Positions 40,349-52,654 of a stretch of 64,000 bases of DNA are shown piece after piece. Origin of the DNA: Monocercomonoides exilis PA203. Taxonomy: Eukaryota; Protista; Preaxostyla. Position numbers and translations under genes: made by a program. Positions within the stretch are counted from its first letter, which is position 1; each line of letters opens with the position of its first letter. The stretch lies in contig LSRY02000017.1 in assembly GCA_001643675.2 (NCBI GenBank), positions 1,364,001 through 1,428,000 on the forward strand, read 5' to 3'. Below the pieces are notes generated by a model. It ran no database searches. It was not told the DNA's origin and saw nothing but the letters and a program-made list of their open reading frames with translations.

Positions 40349-43300
40349 ATGTTTTTGGTTAGCATTTGCTTTTTGCTGTCAGCTCTCAACTCTTCTGGTT
40401 TATGCAACATCGAATCAATTGAAGGGAATTACTCTTCAAAGTGTGCGATTGTGAAATCAGCTTGCAATGACCCTTTCAAAAGGAGAATTCAGTGTTCAAA
40501 TGGAGAAAATGCAAATCTGAATATTGTTTGGGAAAATCATAGAAGCACTCTTTCAACAACATTTTCATGCTGCAATTCATCAATCACTTTGAATATGCTG
40601 AACTTTGCTTCTTCGAATGTGAAAGGAAAAGATTGTGTGTTTTCCAATACAATCATCAATATCCGTGATTGCATTCTCGATAATGCACTTTTCAATAATC
40701 ATCCGTTTGCTTTGTCTGGTTGCACTGTAACTGCTTGCAACATAAGCTTGCCCTCCACAAAACACATGAACACTTTTTCAACGCAAACTTCTTTTCACCA
40801 TAGAAGGATACAATCAACCTCAAATTGCTCCGTTTTTATCTCCAAATCTTCATTTTCATCTTTCACAGACACTCCAGCATATGCATCTTTTGGCTGTGAT
40901 GCATCGATTGCATTATCAATTGATTCATGCAACTTTTATAATGTCACCTCAAGCATACTTTTTGTTCGAAAGCAAACACAAAGCAGTTGTGATGCATCTT
41001 TTTCAAATTGCGACTTTCTTCGTTCATCACTCCCACATCATGCAGATATTGATAAATATTCTCAAAGATGGAATTCATATTCCGCATCAAACTGCTCATT
41101 CTCAAAGTGGATTCCAGCCTCATATGCACATGAATACAATGAAAGTCAACAAATAACTTCAAATGATAATATTCTTTTCGATGACTGCCTATTCACTGGT
41201 GGTTCCACTTATGCCCTTTCTTTGAAAAATGCTACCAACATAACAATCCACAATTGCACATTTTCACAATGCAATAAAGGAGCCATTTCTTTGGATTCCG
41301 TTCAAAAGCTTGTCGTTGATCAATCAATGTTTTCCAACTGCTCAGCAGAAACATGTGGAGGAGCAATAATTTTCCATGAAGCATCAATGATTATGAATAA
41401 TTCACACACATATAACTGTAGTGCAAAAAGAAATGGAGGAGCAATACACGAGAATCGCGGAAGCACAGTTTCAATTGAAAGCAGTGTATTTCAAACTTGT
41501 TCTGATTGTGCAACTCTTGACAGATATGGTGGAGGGGCTTTATGGTTTGGTGATGGTGGACCGCACGTTGTGAGTGACTGTCAATTTCAAAACAATTCAA
41601 CTCCCATGAGAGGTGGCGCATTGATGTTCTCTTTCGACAGTGGGTATGCAGGGCCATTCACTTGCATGATCAAATTCTGCTATTTCGAGAACAATTCGGC
41701 TGGCATAGAAGGTCATGATGTGGCCATACTCAACAACTGGACATTAACTTTGAACAAAAATGCATTTGTTGAGTGCAGAACAATGACAAACAAATCTCTG
41801 AGAATGATTAACGGAACAATCGATGTGAGCGGCTGGATGGGCTTCGGATATTATGGTGCGATAAAGGTGAACAATAAAGAAGGAATGGATCACTTAGCAT
41901 GTGGATTCAACCAGAGGAAATGCAAGACAATATCCTTTTCAACAACTGCTCAAGGAAGCCAAGATGGAAGTCTGACAACAATTTCTGTCGATCCCTCCAC
42001 ATATCTCGAGACAAGTTGCACCATCGGCTCAAAGAACATCAAATTGACAAAATCTGGGAGTGAAGAAGTCACAGTAATTTCAGTTGTCACTTCTGACTCT
42101 TTGTTCACAATCACAACTGGAGCATTGACAATGACATCCTTCACTCTTGTGCACGACACAGCAATAACTTCGCTGAAAACCTCGCTTTTCTTTCTCTCAT
42201 CTTCAGGATCCTTGCATCTGCAAGAATGCATCATTCATGGAAACTCTTCCAGCTCTCAAGGTGCCCCACTTCAATCTTCCCTGTTTGTTCTGCAAGGAGG
42301 AAGCACATCAATTGAGTCCTCCACTCTGGCAGGCTTCTGGTTTGCAACAACACCAGCAATCTCTTTTTCCAATGAATGCTCTGTGAATCTGACAAATTCC
42401 TCAATCTCGGATATTTCCAGAATTAATGGCAACGGAGGAGGTATCGAAGGTATTGTTGGAGCAAATATGGTATTTGATGTTGAAGATTGCAAACTGAACA
42501 GATGTGGCTCCAATGGTGGTGATGGCGGTGGCATTTCATTGACCTTGTCAGATGAATCGTCATTCAACATGATTGAGTCATCCCTTGATGCAAATGAACA
42601 CACATTTGATTCTTGTTGTTCATCTGAGGATGATAATTGTGGTGGTCATGGGGGAGGACTGCATCTTTCCATCGCCCAAAGTGAAGCAAATGGGTTCAAG
42701 TTGAGCTCTCTGACTTTTCGCAACTGTGAAGCACTGAGAGGAGATGACTTGTTTGTGAGAGCATTTGATCTATCTGTCATCGCATTAAGCGAGAGACTCG
42801 AATTCAGTATCGACGAAAACAGCCTGACTTCTTTGGAAGGATATGAATCCTCAACAACCAACGACACTTATTCCATCCCGTTGATTTTGTATTTTCGAGT
42901 CTTTTCCGCTCCTGCTTGTGTTGCTGGAAAAGAAGGGCATGATTTCACTGTCTGTGGCTTCTCGGATTTCCCCTGCAGCACAGTCGAGTATGCACTTGAC
43001 TTGCACTTTAAAACCACGCCTGCCTCCATTTCCTTTCTTCGTTCATTTGTGCTGAACAGTCAGCTGATTCTCAAACAACAAGCAGTACATTTCAGCTCTG
43101 AGCCAGCCGGATCTTCAATTGGAATCTCATGCAATCAAGATGAAGTTTGCGCATGCGCTATCGAAACAAGAACAAAATGCCTTTTCGCTCAAATTTTGTT
43201 TTCTTTGAATTCATCCCTGAATGAGAATAGAGAATGTGTGTTTCATTGCTGCAATGAGTCCTTGTCATTCTCAGACTGCTCCTTCAGTGCTGATTCGGTT

Positions 43301-46300
43301 GTTGCTGCATCTCTTGTGATTGTATCAAACGGTTCTTTAGATGTTCAAAACATGACGATAAGTGTGACCGAATTTGGTGCTCGCCCTGCCTTTGTTGTTA
43401 GCGGAAATGATTCCAGCTTCACATGCAAAAACATCAAGTTGGAAAACGAGAAAACATCGTTTGAGTCAGCAGTCGTGGTGCTGACAGACAAATCATCACT
43501 TGAAATATCTGAATCAGTGATAAAAAATATAGCTTTGGTGCAAAACAGTGCCATTGAGATTGAAGATTCAACCAGTGCCACTGTTAAAAATACAACTTTC
43601 CACAACGTGAAAAAGCAGAGTGGAAGCGGAGGAACGATCTCTGGTGTTGCAGGATTGGAAAAGACTGTATCAGTTGAAAACTGTTCGTTCGAAAATTGCA
43701 AGTGCCAAGGCGCTGAAAATGCAAATGGAGGAGCATTGAGCATCGAAGCAAGCAAGGGAGGATTCTTCTCATTCACAGAATCCCACATCAACCAATGCAG
43801 CGTGAATAATACGAGCGGATTCGGAGGTGGATTGCTCATTACTCTTGGTGCAAACACAAATGCTGATTTCTTGCTGAAAGATTCTCTGTTTTCGAACAAC
43901 GAGGCAAAATACGGGAATGATGTGTATCTCATTTGCGACGATCTGAACTCTGCTGTTATACATACCAGATTTCAACTCACATTTCTCAATGAAGAAGGAG
44001 AGGCAATTGTGGAGTTGGCTGGACACGATAGAAATCGTTTTGTGGATGTTAACACAGACTTGCTAATATTCATCTTCCAGTTGAAATCAGACGTGGTTCA
44101 CATATCATCAGACAACGGATTTGAAATGATTGGCTGCGGGACTGCCAAGTATCCTTGTTCATCATTGTCAAAAGGATTTGCAAATATCGACGCTGATGCT
44201 GAACACAAAAAGTTGATAATTTGTGGTCAGTCTGTTGTTGACAGCTCCTATGTTGTCTCCAATTTCTCCATTGAATCAAACGCACAACAACAAGATGAAA
44301 CTGTCAAATCCTTTCTCATTTTTGAGGGTTCTGAAAACGATATTGCTGATGGCTGTTTCCATAACTCATTCGATCTGTCGCTCCAATTCATAAGCATTCT
44401 TCTTGATCTCTCTTTGTTGAATAAACAGGGCGTTATTGTGTCAACAAAATGGGGTGTTCTGTCTTTTGTCAGCTGCTCATTTGCCTCAAATTGCTCCGAA
44501 CTCTTCTCTCACATGCAATTGGTTGTTATCAAAAGTGGAACACTTTCAATTTCAGATATGTGCATAAATCAACTGAATTTGGACAAACCTCTGTTCGAGA
44601 TAAACAGTGGCTGTTTTTGCTCCATGTGCAGTATTGAGGCATCAGATCTTGCAGCAAACAGCGGAGTGCTTGAAATCATAAATGGAACTCAGGAAGATGC
44701 AAATGGAGCGAGTGAAATAAAAATGATTGGTTCCTCATTTCAGAATGTTTCATGCAGCAAAGATGGTGGTGCGGTTTTCTCCTGTTCTCCGATGAGCTCT
44801 TCAGCCTTGTTGATCGATAATTCCAGCTTCGACATTTGCAGAGCTGACATGTCTGAAAGAGGCGGAATGATGCTTCAATGCCTGAATCAAGATCGCAGAT
44901 TCGAGATGAACAACAGCCAAATAACAAACTGCGGGTGCTCCGTTGTTTCGGGCAAAGGTGGCGGAGTGCATCTGATCGTTGAAGGAAAGTTGTCACCAAA
45001 CTTTGTATTCAAATCATGTGTTTTCAATGGAAACAGCGCTTGGAAAGGCAGAGACATCTTTGTCGAATGCTGGAGCATCTCAGACCAGATCAATGAGTTC
45101 CAGTTCCAGATGGATCTTCGACCCGATGCTTACAACCGCTTCGACGCCATCTTTGGTTCAGATGCTGCACATGACTCTCCTGTGGATCTGATTGAATATG
45201 TGACAATATACCAGCACAGCACAATCGTCATCTCTTCTTTGCCTGCCAGCAATGGTGTGAATGGACGCCAGTGCGGCAAAGCAACCCTTCCCTGCGAGAC
45301 TTTTGGTTATGGTCTGAGGCATCTTATTATTGATTATTCTTCACGCTTGGTGGTTGACACATGCACCAAAATCGAATGCGAATGCAACATCTCCGATGTG
45401 GAGATAAAGTCCAAAATCAAAGAGAAAGCAAATCTCACCTTTGAAGCAGGAATTGCAAAAACTCGTGGTTATCTGCTTTCTGTTGGCAACAATTCCATTT
45501 TCAACAATCTTCGATTCATTTGTCTTTCCGTACATGCACTTCCATATCTTTCATTGTTTTTCATAAATTCAGGGTGCATTTATTTTGCATCTTGTGAGGT
45601 TTCTGGTGAAAGAGGCGGTGAATCTTCTTGGCCAACTGCGTTTAAACTGACCTCAAGTGAGCTGGTGATCGATGATTTTAAGATTGTTAATTTGGAGTGC
45701 CTCAGTCTCTTCGAATGCAATGATGGAAAGCTGTCGATAAGAGGAGTGAATGTTGAAGAGACAAAAACTTCAAAATGTTCCATTCTTTTGAGAAATACAA
45801 TTTGCAAAATCGAAAAATTGAATATTCTTAATTGTGACACTCACGAAGGACCATTTGCAGATGTTGATTGCAGTCCTTTCAACCAAGAAACGAAGGAAAG
45901 TGATGCACTCTCCTTTTCGCTGTCAAGCTTCTCAAACATCTCTTTGTCAAGTTGTTCTTCATGCATGTGCTTCGACTCTATTTCTGAACCCATCGAGCTG
46001 CTCAACTGCTCTTTTTCAGAGCCTGATAATTGCGCTCCGAAACTTGGAAGCGTTGCAACTTTCTCAAATTGTTCAAGCATCATTGCTCAATCATGCAGTG
46101 CAGAAGGAAATATAATTTCATATTCAAACATCAAGAACAATGAGGATATCTCAGATTATTGCATATACCAATGGAATTCTTCGATGCTTCATTTCAGACG
46201 CTGTTCTGCAACCATGTCAGACACCACGCTGGCAAATTCTTCAATTGGAGGTCTATCAGTTTCTGATGCGCACATCGCAATAGCTGATTCGAAGTTTGTT

Positions 46301-48166
46301 GAGAACAATCCAAGACTGAAGAAATATCCATCTCTTCGAAGAAACATGCTTTGCAATGACAATGGAATCCTTCACATCAACAGCCTCAAGGGCGGAGATG
46401 GTTCACAAAACGATTCTTCTCTTTGGATTCTCAACTCGGGATGCATCTTGTCTGGCATCCCCTCTGCAAGACTCTCTCCACTGTTTGTTCCTTCTCTTTT
46501 CTCTGTGACTTCCTCCAGCAGCGCCAACCAGACGACCCTCATTTTCACAGGATTTCTCCTTCTTCCATGCAACTTAACTTTCCAGCTCATCTCCAAAGTC
46601 GGAAACCTCGAGATGACCGAGAACGAGGAATTCAGCCTGGATGGATATGTGTCGGAAAACGAAGTCCATGCAATGATTGATTCCTCCTTTCTGAACAATG
46701 CAGGGGATGAAGCAGAAGTCTCGGTGCGCATCCTGTTCGGCAGCACTGATTCTCCATCACAAACAGAGGCATTCATCCTGAAGAACAAAACAGATTCGAA
46801 GATTGATGATGAAGCGAAGGTTGCAAAAGGAGCAAATGGCTCAACTCCTTCTTTAACACTGATAATTATTGTTCTTTTCGCTGTTTTGTTTTTGATTGTT
46901 CTTATTGTTGCAATCGCCTTTATTGTTCGTTGGAAAAAACAAAAGAGGAGAACAGAAGAATTGGAGGTGATTGTGGAAGACACAGTGAAAAAGGATCCGA
47001 AGGTATTTGAAATGGTGACAATGGAGATGTCTCCCGAGGAACAGTGGAAAAGAGCTGAGAGAGAGGCAGAGAAGAAGAACGAAGAGAGGATCCAGAAGAG
47101 GGTGTATGCGAAAAGTTTGGGACATTCAGAATCATCAGAGCATCTTCTATCTGAGAGTGGATCAACAGAATATATCCTAGGGAAAGATTCAGACAAGATC
47201 CCTGATTGGGCATTAGAAAAGGAGGAGGAGGAAGAGATAAGAAAGCAGACTCCATCTCCATCCACTTCATCCACTTCAACAACCGATTCAGATTCAACTT
47301 TTGTTCGATCAGAGAGTCTGTGCCCTACAACCTCATCCATGTCGAATCTGGTGGATGCAATGGCCTGCTCATCCCCTCATGAGAAGCTGATTGTGGACTT
47401 AAGGGATTCGCTTTTCATGCTGCTTCATGGAAGGAACGAGAAGAAAGAAATGGCTATTGGAAGCTTGAAGGAGAGGGAGCAGACAGCTTCCCAAATCCTG
47501 TTCTGGGTGGCGAATGGGGCACTCCACTCATTTGACGAAATGGAAAACCCTCTTTCCTCTTTGGCCAATCTCAGCCCCCACATTGTGTTGTTCTCTGAAC
47601 ATATGGTCATCTGCATTGTGATGCACTCTGACTTATCATCTGACGATGATTCTGATTCATCCTCGATATCTTCATCGACTGTTGTTTCTTCTGCTAGTGA
47701 TGATGATGATGATTCTTTGCCATCATCAGCCTTTGAGGAGGAGGATGATTTCAAAAAAGAGTGTCTAAGGTGGAAGGCGCCTGAGTTGCTGATCAACAAG
47801 AAGATGGGAGCGACAAAGAAGTCGGTTGTGTTCTCGATTGGGATGATGGCGTGGGAGTGTCTGACGCTTCAGATCCCGTTTGGGGAGTATGAGGCAGAGG
47901 TAGCAGGGCAGAAGATTATCAACGGGGAGAAGATGTGTCTGAACAGCATCCACCAATCATCGTTGGCTGCTGTTGCCACAAAGTGTGTGGCATCCCAGTG
48001 GAGAGATAGGCCCGGACTTGACCAACTCAAGCGCGAATTCATTCAGCACTTCCCACCTGGCGCAGCCATCCTCACCATGTCTGATGCCGTCGCCTGCGCT
48101 CCTGCAAGCCGATGCGCTTCTGGATATGAAACAAATGTCACTCTCGATGCTTGCATGGGCAACTAG
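40349..48166 (+). CDS. Intronless 2,605-aa type I surface protein: signal peptide, Cys-rich beta-helix (Pmp/pectin-lyase-like GGA(I/L) repeats), one TM, C-terminal pseudokinase
   Basis: Repeated GGAI/GGAL/GGGI and FxxN motifs; TM LIIIVLFAVLFLIVLIVAIAFIV followed by RWKKQKRR; kinase C-lobe remnants RWKAPELL, VFSIGMMAWECLTLQIPF and RP. Confidence 0.85.
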   Translation: MFLVSICFLLSALNSSGLCNIESIEGNYSSKCAIVKSACNDPFKRRIQCSNGENANLNIVWENHRSTLSTTFSCCNSSITLNMLNFASSNVKGKDCVFSNTIINIRDCILDNALFNNHPFALSGCTVTACNISLPSTKHMNTFSTQTSFHHRRIQSTSNCSVFISKSSFSSFTDTPAYASFGCDASIALSIDSCNFYNVTSSILFVRKQTQSSCDASFSNCDFLRSSLPHHADIDKYSQRWNSYSASNCSFSKWIPASYAHEYNESQQITSNDNILFDDCLFTGGSTYALSLKNATNITIHNCTFSQCNKGAISLDSVQKLVVDQSMFSNCSAETCGGAIIFHEASMIMNNSHTYNCSAKRNGGAIHENRGSTVSIESSVFQTCSDCATLDRYGGGALWFGDGGPHVVSDCQFQNNSTPMRGGALMFSFDSGYAGPFTCMIKFCYFENNSAGIEGHDVAILNNWTLTLNKNAFVECRTMTNKSLRMINGTIDVSGWMGFGYYGAIKVNNKEGMDHLACGFNQRKCKTISFSTTAQGSQDGSLTTISVDPSTYLETSCTIGSKNIKLTKSGSEEVTVISVVTSDSLFTITTGALTMTSFTLVHDTAITSLKTSLFFLSSSGSLHLQECIIHGNSSSSQGAPLQSSLFVLQGGSTSIESSTLAGFWFATTPAISFSNECSVNLTNSSISDISRINGNGGGIEGIVGANMVFDVEDCKLNRCGSNGGDGGGISLTLSDESSFNMIESSLDANEHTFDSCCSSEDDNCGGHGGGLHLSIAQSEANGFKLSSLTFRNCEALRGDDLFVRAFDLSVIALSERLEFSIDENSLTSLEGYESSTTNDTYSIPLILYFRVFSAPACVAGKEGHDFTVCGFSDFPCSTVEYALDLHFKTTPASISFLRSFVLNSQLILKQQAVHFSSEPAGSSIGISCNQDEVCACAIETRTKCLFAQILFSLNSSLNENRECVFHCCNESLSFSDCSFSADSVVAASLVIVSNGSLDVQNMTISVTEFGARPAFVVSGNDSSFTCKNIKLENEKTSFESAVVVLTDKSSLEISESVIKNIALVQNSAIEIEDSTSATVKNTTFHNVKKQSGSGGTISGVAGLEKTVSVENCSFENCKCQGAENANGGALSIEASKGGFFSFTESHINQCSVNNTSGFGGGLLITLGANTNADFLLKDSLFSNNEAKYGNDVYLICDDLNSAVIHTRFQLTFLNEEGEAIVELAGHDRNRFVDVNTDLLIFIFQLKSDVVHISSDNGFEMIGCGTAKYPCSSLSKGFANIDADAEHKKLIICGQSVVDSSYVVSNFSIESNAQQQDETVKSFLIFEGSENDIADGCFHNSFDLSLQFISILLDLSLLNKQGVIVSTKWGVLSFVSCSFASNCSELFSHMQLVVIKSGTLSISDMCINQLNLDKPLFEINSGCFCSMCSIEASDLAANSGVLEIINGTQEDANGASEIKMIGSSFQNVSCSKDGGAVFSCSPMSSSALLIDNSSFDICRADMSERGGMMLQCLNQDRRFEMNNSQITNCGCSVVSGKGGGVHLIVEGKLSPNFVFKSCVFNGNSAWKGRDIFVECWSISDQINEFQFQMDLRPDAYNRFDAIFGSDAAHDSPVDLIEYVTIYQHSTIVISSLPASNGVNGRQCGKATLPCETFGYGLRHLIIDYSSRLVVDTCTKIECECNISDVEIKSKIKEKANLTFEAGIAKTRGYLLSVGNNSIFNNLRFICLSVHALPYLSLFFINSGCIYFASCEVSGERGGESSWPTAFKLTSSELVIDDFKIVNLECLSLFECNDGKLSIRGVNVEETKTSKCSILLRNTICKIEKLNILNCDTHEGPFADVDCSPFNQETKESDALSFSLSSFSNISLSSCSSCMCFDSISEPIELLNCSFSEPDNCAPKLGSVATFSNCSSIIAQSCSAEGNIISYSNIKNNEDISDYCIYQWNSSMLHFRRCSATMSDTTLANSSIGGLSVSDAHIAIADSKFVENNPRLKKYPSLRRNMLCNDNGILHINSLKGGDGSQNDSSLWILNSGCILSGIPSARLSPLFVPSLFSVTSSSSANQTTLIFTGFLLLPCNLTFQLISKVGNLEMTENEEFSLDGYVSENEVHAMIDSSFLNNAGDEAEVSVRILFGSTDSPSQTEAFILKNKTDSKIDDEAKVAKGANGSTPSLTLIIIVLFAVLFLIVLIVAIAFIVRWKKQKRRTEELEVIVEDTVKKDPKVFEMVTMEMSPEEQWKRAEREAEKKNEERIQKRVYAKSLGHSESSEHLLSESGSTEYILGKDSDKIPDWALEKEEEEEIRKQTPSPSTSSTSTTDSDSTFVRSESLCPTTSSMSNLVDAMACSSPHEKLIVDLRDSLFMLLHGRNEKKEMAIGSLKEREQTASQILFWVANGALHSFDEMENPLSSLANLSPHIVLFSEHMVICIVMHSDLSSDDDSDSSSISSSTVVSSASDDDDDSLPSSAFEEEDDFKKECLRWKAPELLINKKMGATKKSVVFSIGMMAWECLTLQIPFGEYEAEVAGQKIINGEKMCLNSIHQSSLAAVATKCVASQWRDRPGLDQLKREFIQHFPPGAAILTMSDAVACAPASRCASGYETNVTLDACMGN

Positions 48167-51100
48167 AATTCTCTCCATTTGCTCTCAACGCTCAAACGCA
48201 GCAAACACAGAAAGCACCAATTTTCCAATTGGCTTGCCAACGCTTGACTAAATGTGTTGCCTGCGATGTTTTCAATAATCCTTGCAATTTTATTTTTTGT
48301 TTTGTTCTTTTTCTTTGGAAATCAAACTTCTGTTTCAAGATTTGTTGTTCCATCCATTTCTGTGTTTATTCTTGTGAAACAAAATACTTTTTGTCTTTCA
48401 AAAATTGTCAATTCTTGTTTCCTTCCTCAACTTGTCCACTTGAGTTCACATTTGTAAATCAGATGTCAAAGTTTCGTGATGATCAAAATTTCATTGAATT
48501 TCATCTGTTCCAAAGATGCAAATGTCAGTGTGCGAAAATTCAAATGCAAGTTTATGCTTTATGATAGCATTTTGTAATTAAAAAAATACTTGATACTTGC
48601 ATTGCTTGCTCTTCATGACGCATTGCAGATTTCAAGCTCATTTCAATGCTCTCTGATTAACTGTTCGAGTTTTGCTTATTCTGCCGATTTTCTTGAATCT
48701 CCAAGAAAAACTTAAATACTCAAATGGACGTTTCGAATCTGGCCTTTCAAACCTCCTTCTCAAAACATTTCATAATTTCAATTCTTTCATGTTGAACGAA
48801 GTTTTTTATTCGTTCGTAATATTAAATCCTTCTTCTGAGAAAACAAAATGCAGATCATTCTTTGATGTCCATTTCATCATTTTCATTTTCAAAGAAAATG
48901 ATACAAAAACATTTATGAATTGATTTTCGAATCATGCTTTTTTTTTGACAATTGCATCTGAAGAGATACGGCCAAACATTATTCTTCGAAGCACAACATA
49001 TTCCACCAACTCATCACTCCAAAAACTTTAATTATCCATATTTAAAAAGGTGCATCTTCCTTCAACTCTTTTCCCCTCTTATCGCACATTTGCTATCTCT
49101 CAAAACGTTCTTTTTTATTTCATTTTTCCTTTAATATGCATCTGTTCTTGTTCTAATTCATTCTCACGTTCTTTTTCTTTCTTTCCATTCTCCACTGCAT
49201 TCTCCTAAGCTCCTGCATTTCTTTGCATTTCATGCAACCTTCAGTCAAAGTTGGTCTTCTCCTTTCTGAGTCTAATCTTCGCTTTCTTCATCCCACTTTA
49301 CCCTTTTTCCATATTATTGCGTTCGTTGATTGTCTTCTCTTCTTTTCACAAATCGTTCTTTTTTATCCATCACTTCATTTCCAAAGAAGAGAGAACAAGC
49401 AGATGAATGGAAGGAAATGCAAAAATCCAGTTGATGAGAGTGAAAAGCAATTCAACAATGATGTTCTTTTGCATTCCAAAATATATGCAAGGAAAATAAA
49501 TGCAATTTGATTCGTATCTGATTCCTCTTTCATTTTTTTCCCTTTTTTCTGTTCCAGCATTGGGCACATTAGCAATATAAATTCCTTATAATTTGTTTCC
49601 AAACATCGAGTTTAACGCTTTTTCCTCCAAATTTTGTCATGTCCTTGGAGCGATTAGCTCGAAATAATCCTCAAATTAAATAAAAAACAGAATCCATCTT
49701 AATTTTTCCGTTTTGATCAAAAATCAATCATTTTGAAGCACAAAGTTCAGTGGAATTGCATTTCAAATAATTCGATGTTTTCTCTTCGATTTTGATTTGC
49801 CCGTTGCGTGTGCAAACAACAACAAACGACATTTTCCTCAATTGCTTCAAGAAAGCTGATTATGAGTTCAGTAAATGAACTTACGCGTGAGTTGGCTCGT
49901 CAAACTGAAAACACAGAAAAACGGAAATGTTTGTGATCATTCTTTTTTTGGCAATCCCAGCGATAGGATGAAGAAACACTCGCTGTTTCATAGAGCAACA
50001 TTTGCTATCAATGGAGCTGTAATTGATATTGATTTCAAAATCAATAAATCGAAAAGCCTTCAAGTCGGCTCTTGTTCAAGAATTTTTGATAAAAACAAAT
50101 CTCCATAACAATCCAGTAAAAGTGTCCAGCATATAAGCATCAAATTAAGGAGTAATTGCTGTTGATCCACGAGAAAGTTTTTGAAACAATTCTTCAAAAA
50201 TGTGTTGGAGCCCGGTGTACGCTTTCAATATAATTAATTCCTGAAGATTCCGTTAGATTTGTTCTCTTCCTCGAATAAACGACTCATTTTATCTTTTTTC
50301 CATCGCTTCTGTGGCTCCGTTCCATTCGATAAGATTTTCTTTTTTTCTCGTTCTTCCTTGCACAATTAGCATCTGTAACCAATTGAAAAAGAGGCGCTTT
50401 TCACATGCATATTCGTCTTTTCCTTTATTGCACATCCAAAATTGGAAAAAAAATATAAATCATATAAGATGAAGATGACGTACACCAAGAGCATGTCATT
50501 GGCCCCTTTAGGAAAGCAATTACACATATAAAGAATTATCTTTATCTCGTTGGAAAGAAATATAACACCTTCTCTTATCTTTTTCCTTTTTAGGTGCTGT
50601 TAATTTCAGAATAAAAAGAGGGAGAGAATTTGCAACAAAGAAGCATTCTTGCGTTGACTGTAGAATTGAAGGTTATCAGTCAATATTGGCTTTGAGGAAA
50701 TCTTATGAACTTTTTTGATAGTTGTGAATGATTCAATCAAACGGTTATGACAAAGATTGGTATCTACAGGAATAGTCTAATTTTATCTTTTTAATCGGTT
50801 GATTAATTATTTCGAACAATGTCTTTGGTTGAGAAATCGAAGATTGATGTAATTATTATTGAAAGCTAATATCCGTTGTTCATTTTTTCCCACTCATAAT
50901 CTATTCAATTCCTATTCCTCTTCAAAATGTTTGTTAATTCCAAAAGTCAGTTGCGCAAAATGTTATCCACTTTCGAATCTCTCTTCTTGCCATTTCTTGT
51001 CTCAGCTTTTGCAGTTGTTGCACTGCCTTTGCTCGATTCAGATAAAAGCTTCTTTTGCACCAACAAATCAAAGTCGTGAAGAGATCTTTCCAAAGATTAT

Positions 51101-51641
51101 TTTCCTTCATAGTTCATTAATATTTTGATTTCAGTATTTTTCAGTTTATCGCTTGTCAATAATGATATTTATGAGGATTTCACCTGATATTTGATTCGTT
51201 TTCTTCTGTATCTATTTGTTGCATATTTTGTACATTCTATTGTCCATTGAAGTATTGCAATTTATTCTTGTTCCATTTTGTAGTAATTTGGTATTTAATA
51301 ATTTGTTGCTTCTCCATTCCATTTTCTCTTAATAAATATCACATTTCTTATTAACAAATTTTGATTGATTATAAAATGCTATCGTCATTCTAATTTATCT
51401 ATAAAAATGAAATCAATAATTATGAACGATTATGGATTTTGTAAAAAAATGTGTTTTCAAGTTAAAATAAAGAAAAAAATTATTTTCTTGATAAAAATTG
51501 CCAATTTATCAATGATTGATTTTTTTCAATAGAGTAATTGGAATGCATAAAAAACACATTTATTAATTCTTGTCTGTTATTTTGAATATGTCTATCACGT
51601 TCTTTATAACCATTATAAAGCTATGTGAAATATCCTTTTTT

Positions 51642-52473
51642 ATGAATATATTTTTTTGGATAAATTTAATTGCTGTTTTGCATTCTACATGCGTGTATGA
51701 AAAAGATGGAAAAGAGCCAGAAATTGGAGAATGTTCTGGGCCAACTGAAAGGGTTCTTGCAGCTCGTAATGCAACAAATCAACTTAATGAAGGATGTCCT
51801 TTAGGTGTGAAATTAGTTCATTGTTTTATATCTATCATCCGATATTTTTAGGTACTGTGCCTTTTTTTCTCGATGGACAGGAATCTGAAACGGTGAAAGT
51901 GTGAATTAAATTGATTAGAAAAGATTATTATTTTTTTTAAGTGTGGCCAATGCAAGCCAGGAGTCGGGGGCATGGGGCTTGAAAATGCATATTGCTCGTA
52001 TAATGAATATTGTACGGATGAAGGGAAATGCTCATCAATAACTTTGCATCCTGTTTTCGGAAAAGAATGTCCATATTTTGATTTCATGAAAACAGTCGAT
52101 TTCTGTGGTGGAGGGATGGAATGCATTCAGCATAAATGCTTGCAATGTCAAGACGGTGAAATACAAGCTGAAAGAGGACTTGTTTGATTTGTTCATTTTC
52201 AATTTTCTTTTTATTCTTTTTAATTTCAGATTTGCTACAAAGGCGTTTGGACAAAAAGCAAATTAATAAGTGTAATTACAGAACCTAATAATCTTTTCTT
52301 GGGAATCATATCCTTTGTTTTTGTGTGTCTTAATTAAATTTTTTCGATCACATGATTGTCTTATTTCAAAAAATTAGTTGTTTGAGTTTTTTATTCAGAT
52401 TGTATCTCGCATTCATAAAGTCTGTTCCAAGGATGATATTTTAAAAGTTAAAAAGAAATCAAAAATAAGTTGA
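51642..52473 (+). CDS. Small Cys-rich type I membrane protein, multi-exon
   Basis: Signal-like MNIFFWINLIAVLHS, then spliced Cys-rich exons (CGQCKPG...YCSYNEYCTDEGKC...CGGGMECIQHKCLQCQDG), a TM-like LFLGIISFVF and a basic tail. The last exon is tentative. Confidence 0.6.
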
Positions 52474-52654
52474 TTCTCAAAGAATAAATAATACGTGTAT
52501 TATTTTTATGATTTTTCAATAAGACATAAAGTTCTCGAAATTTTGAATAGTAATAACAATATTTCTTTAAATATAAAGTATTTGAAACGAAAATAAATAA
52601 ATTGTTTGGAGAGATCAATTTGATCTATATTCACTCAATTATAAAGAACGTAAT

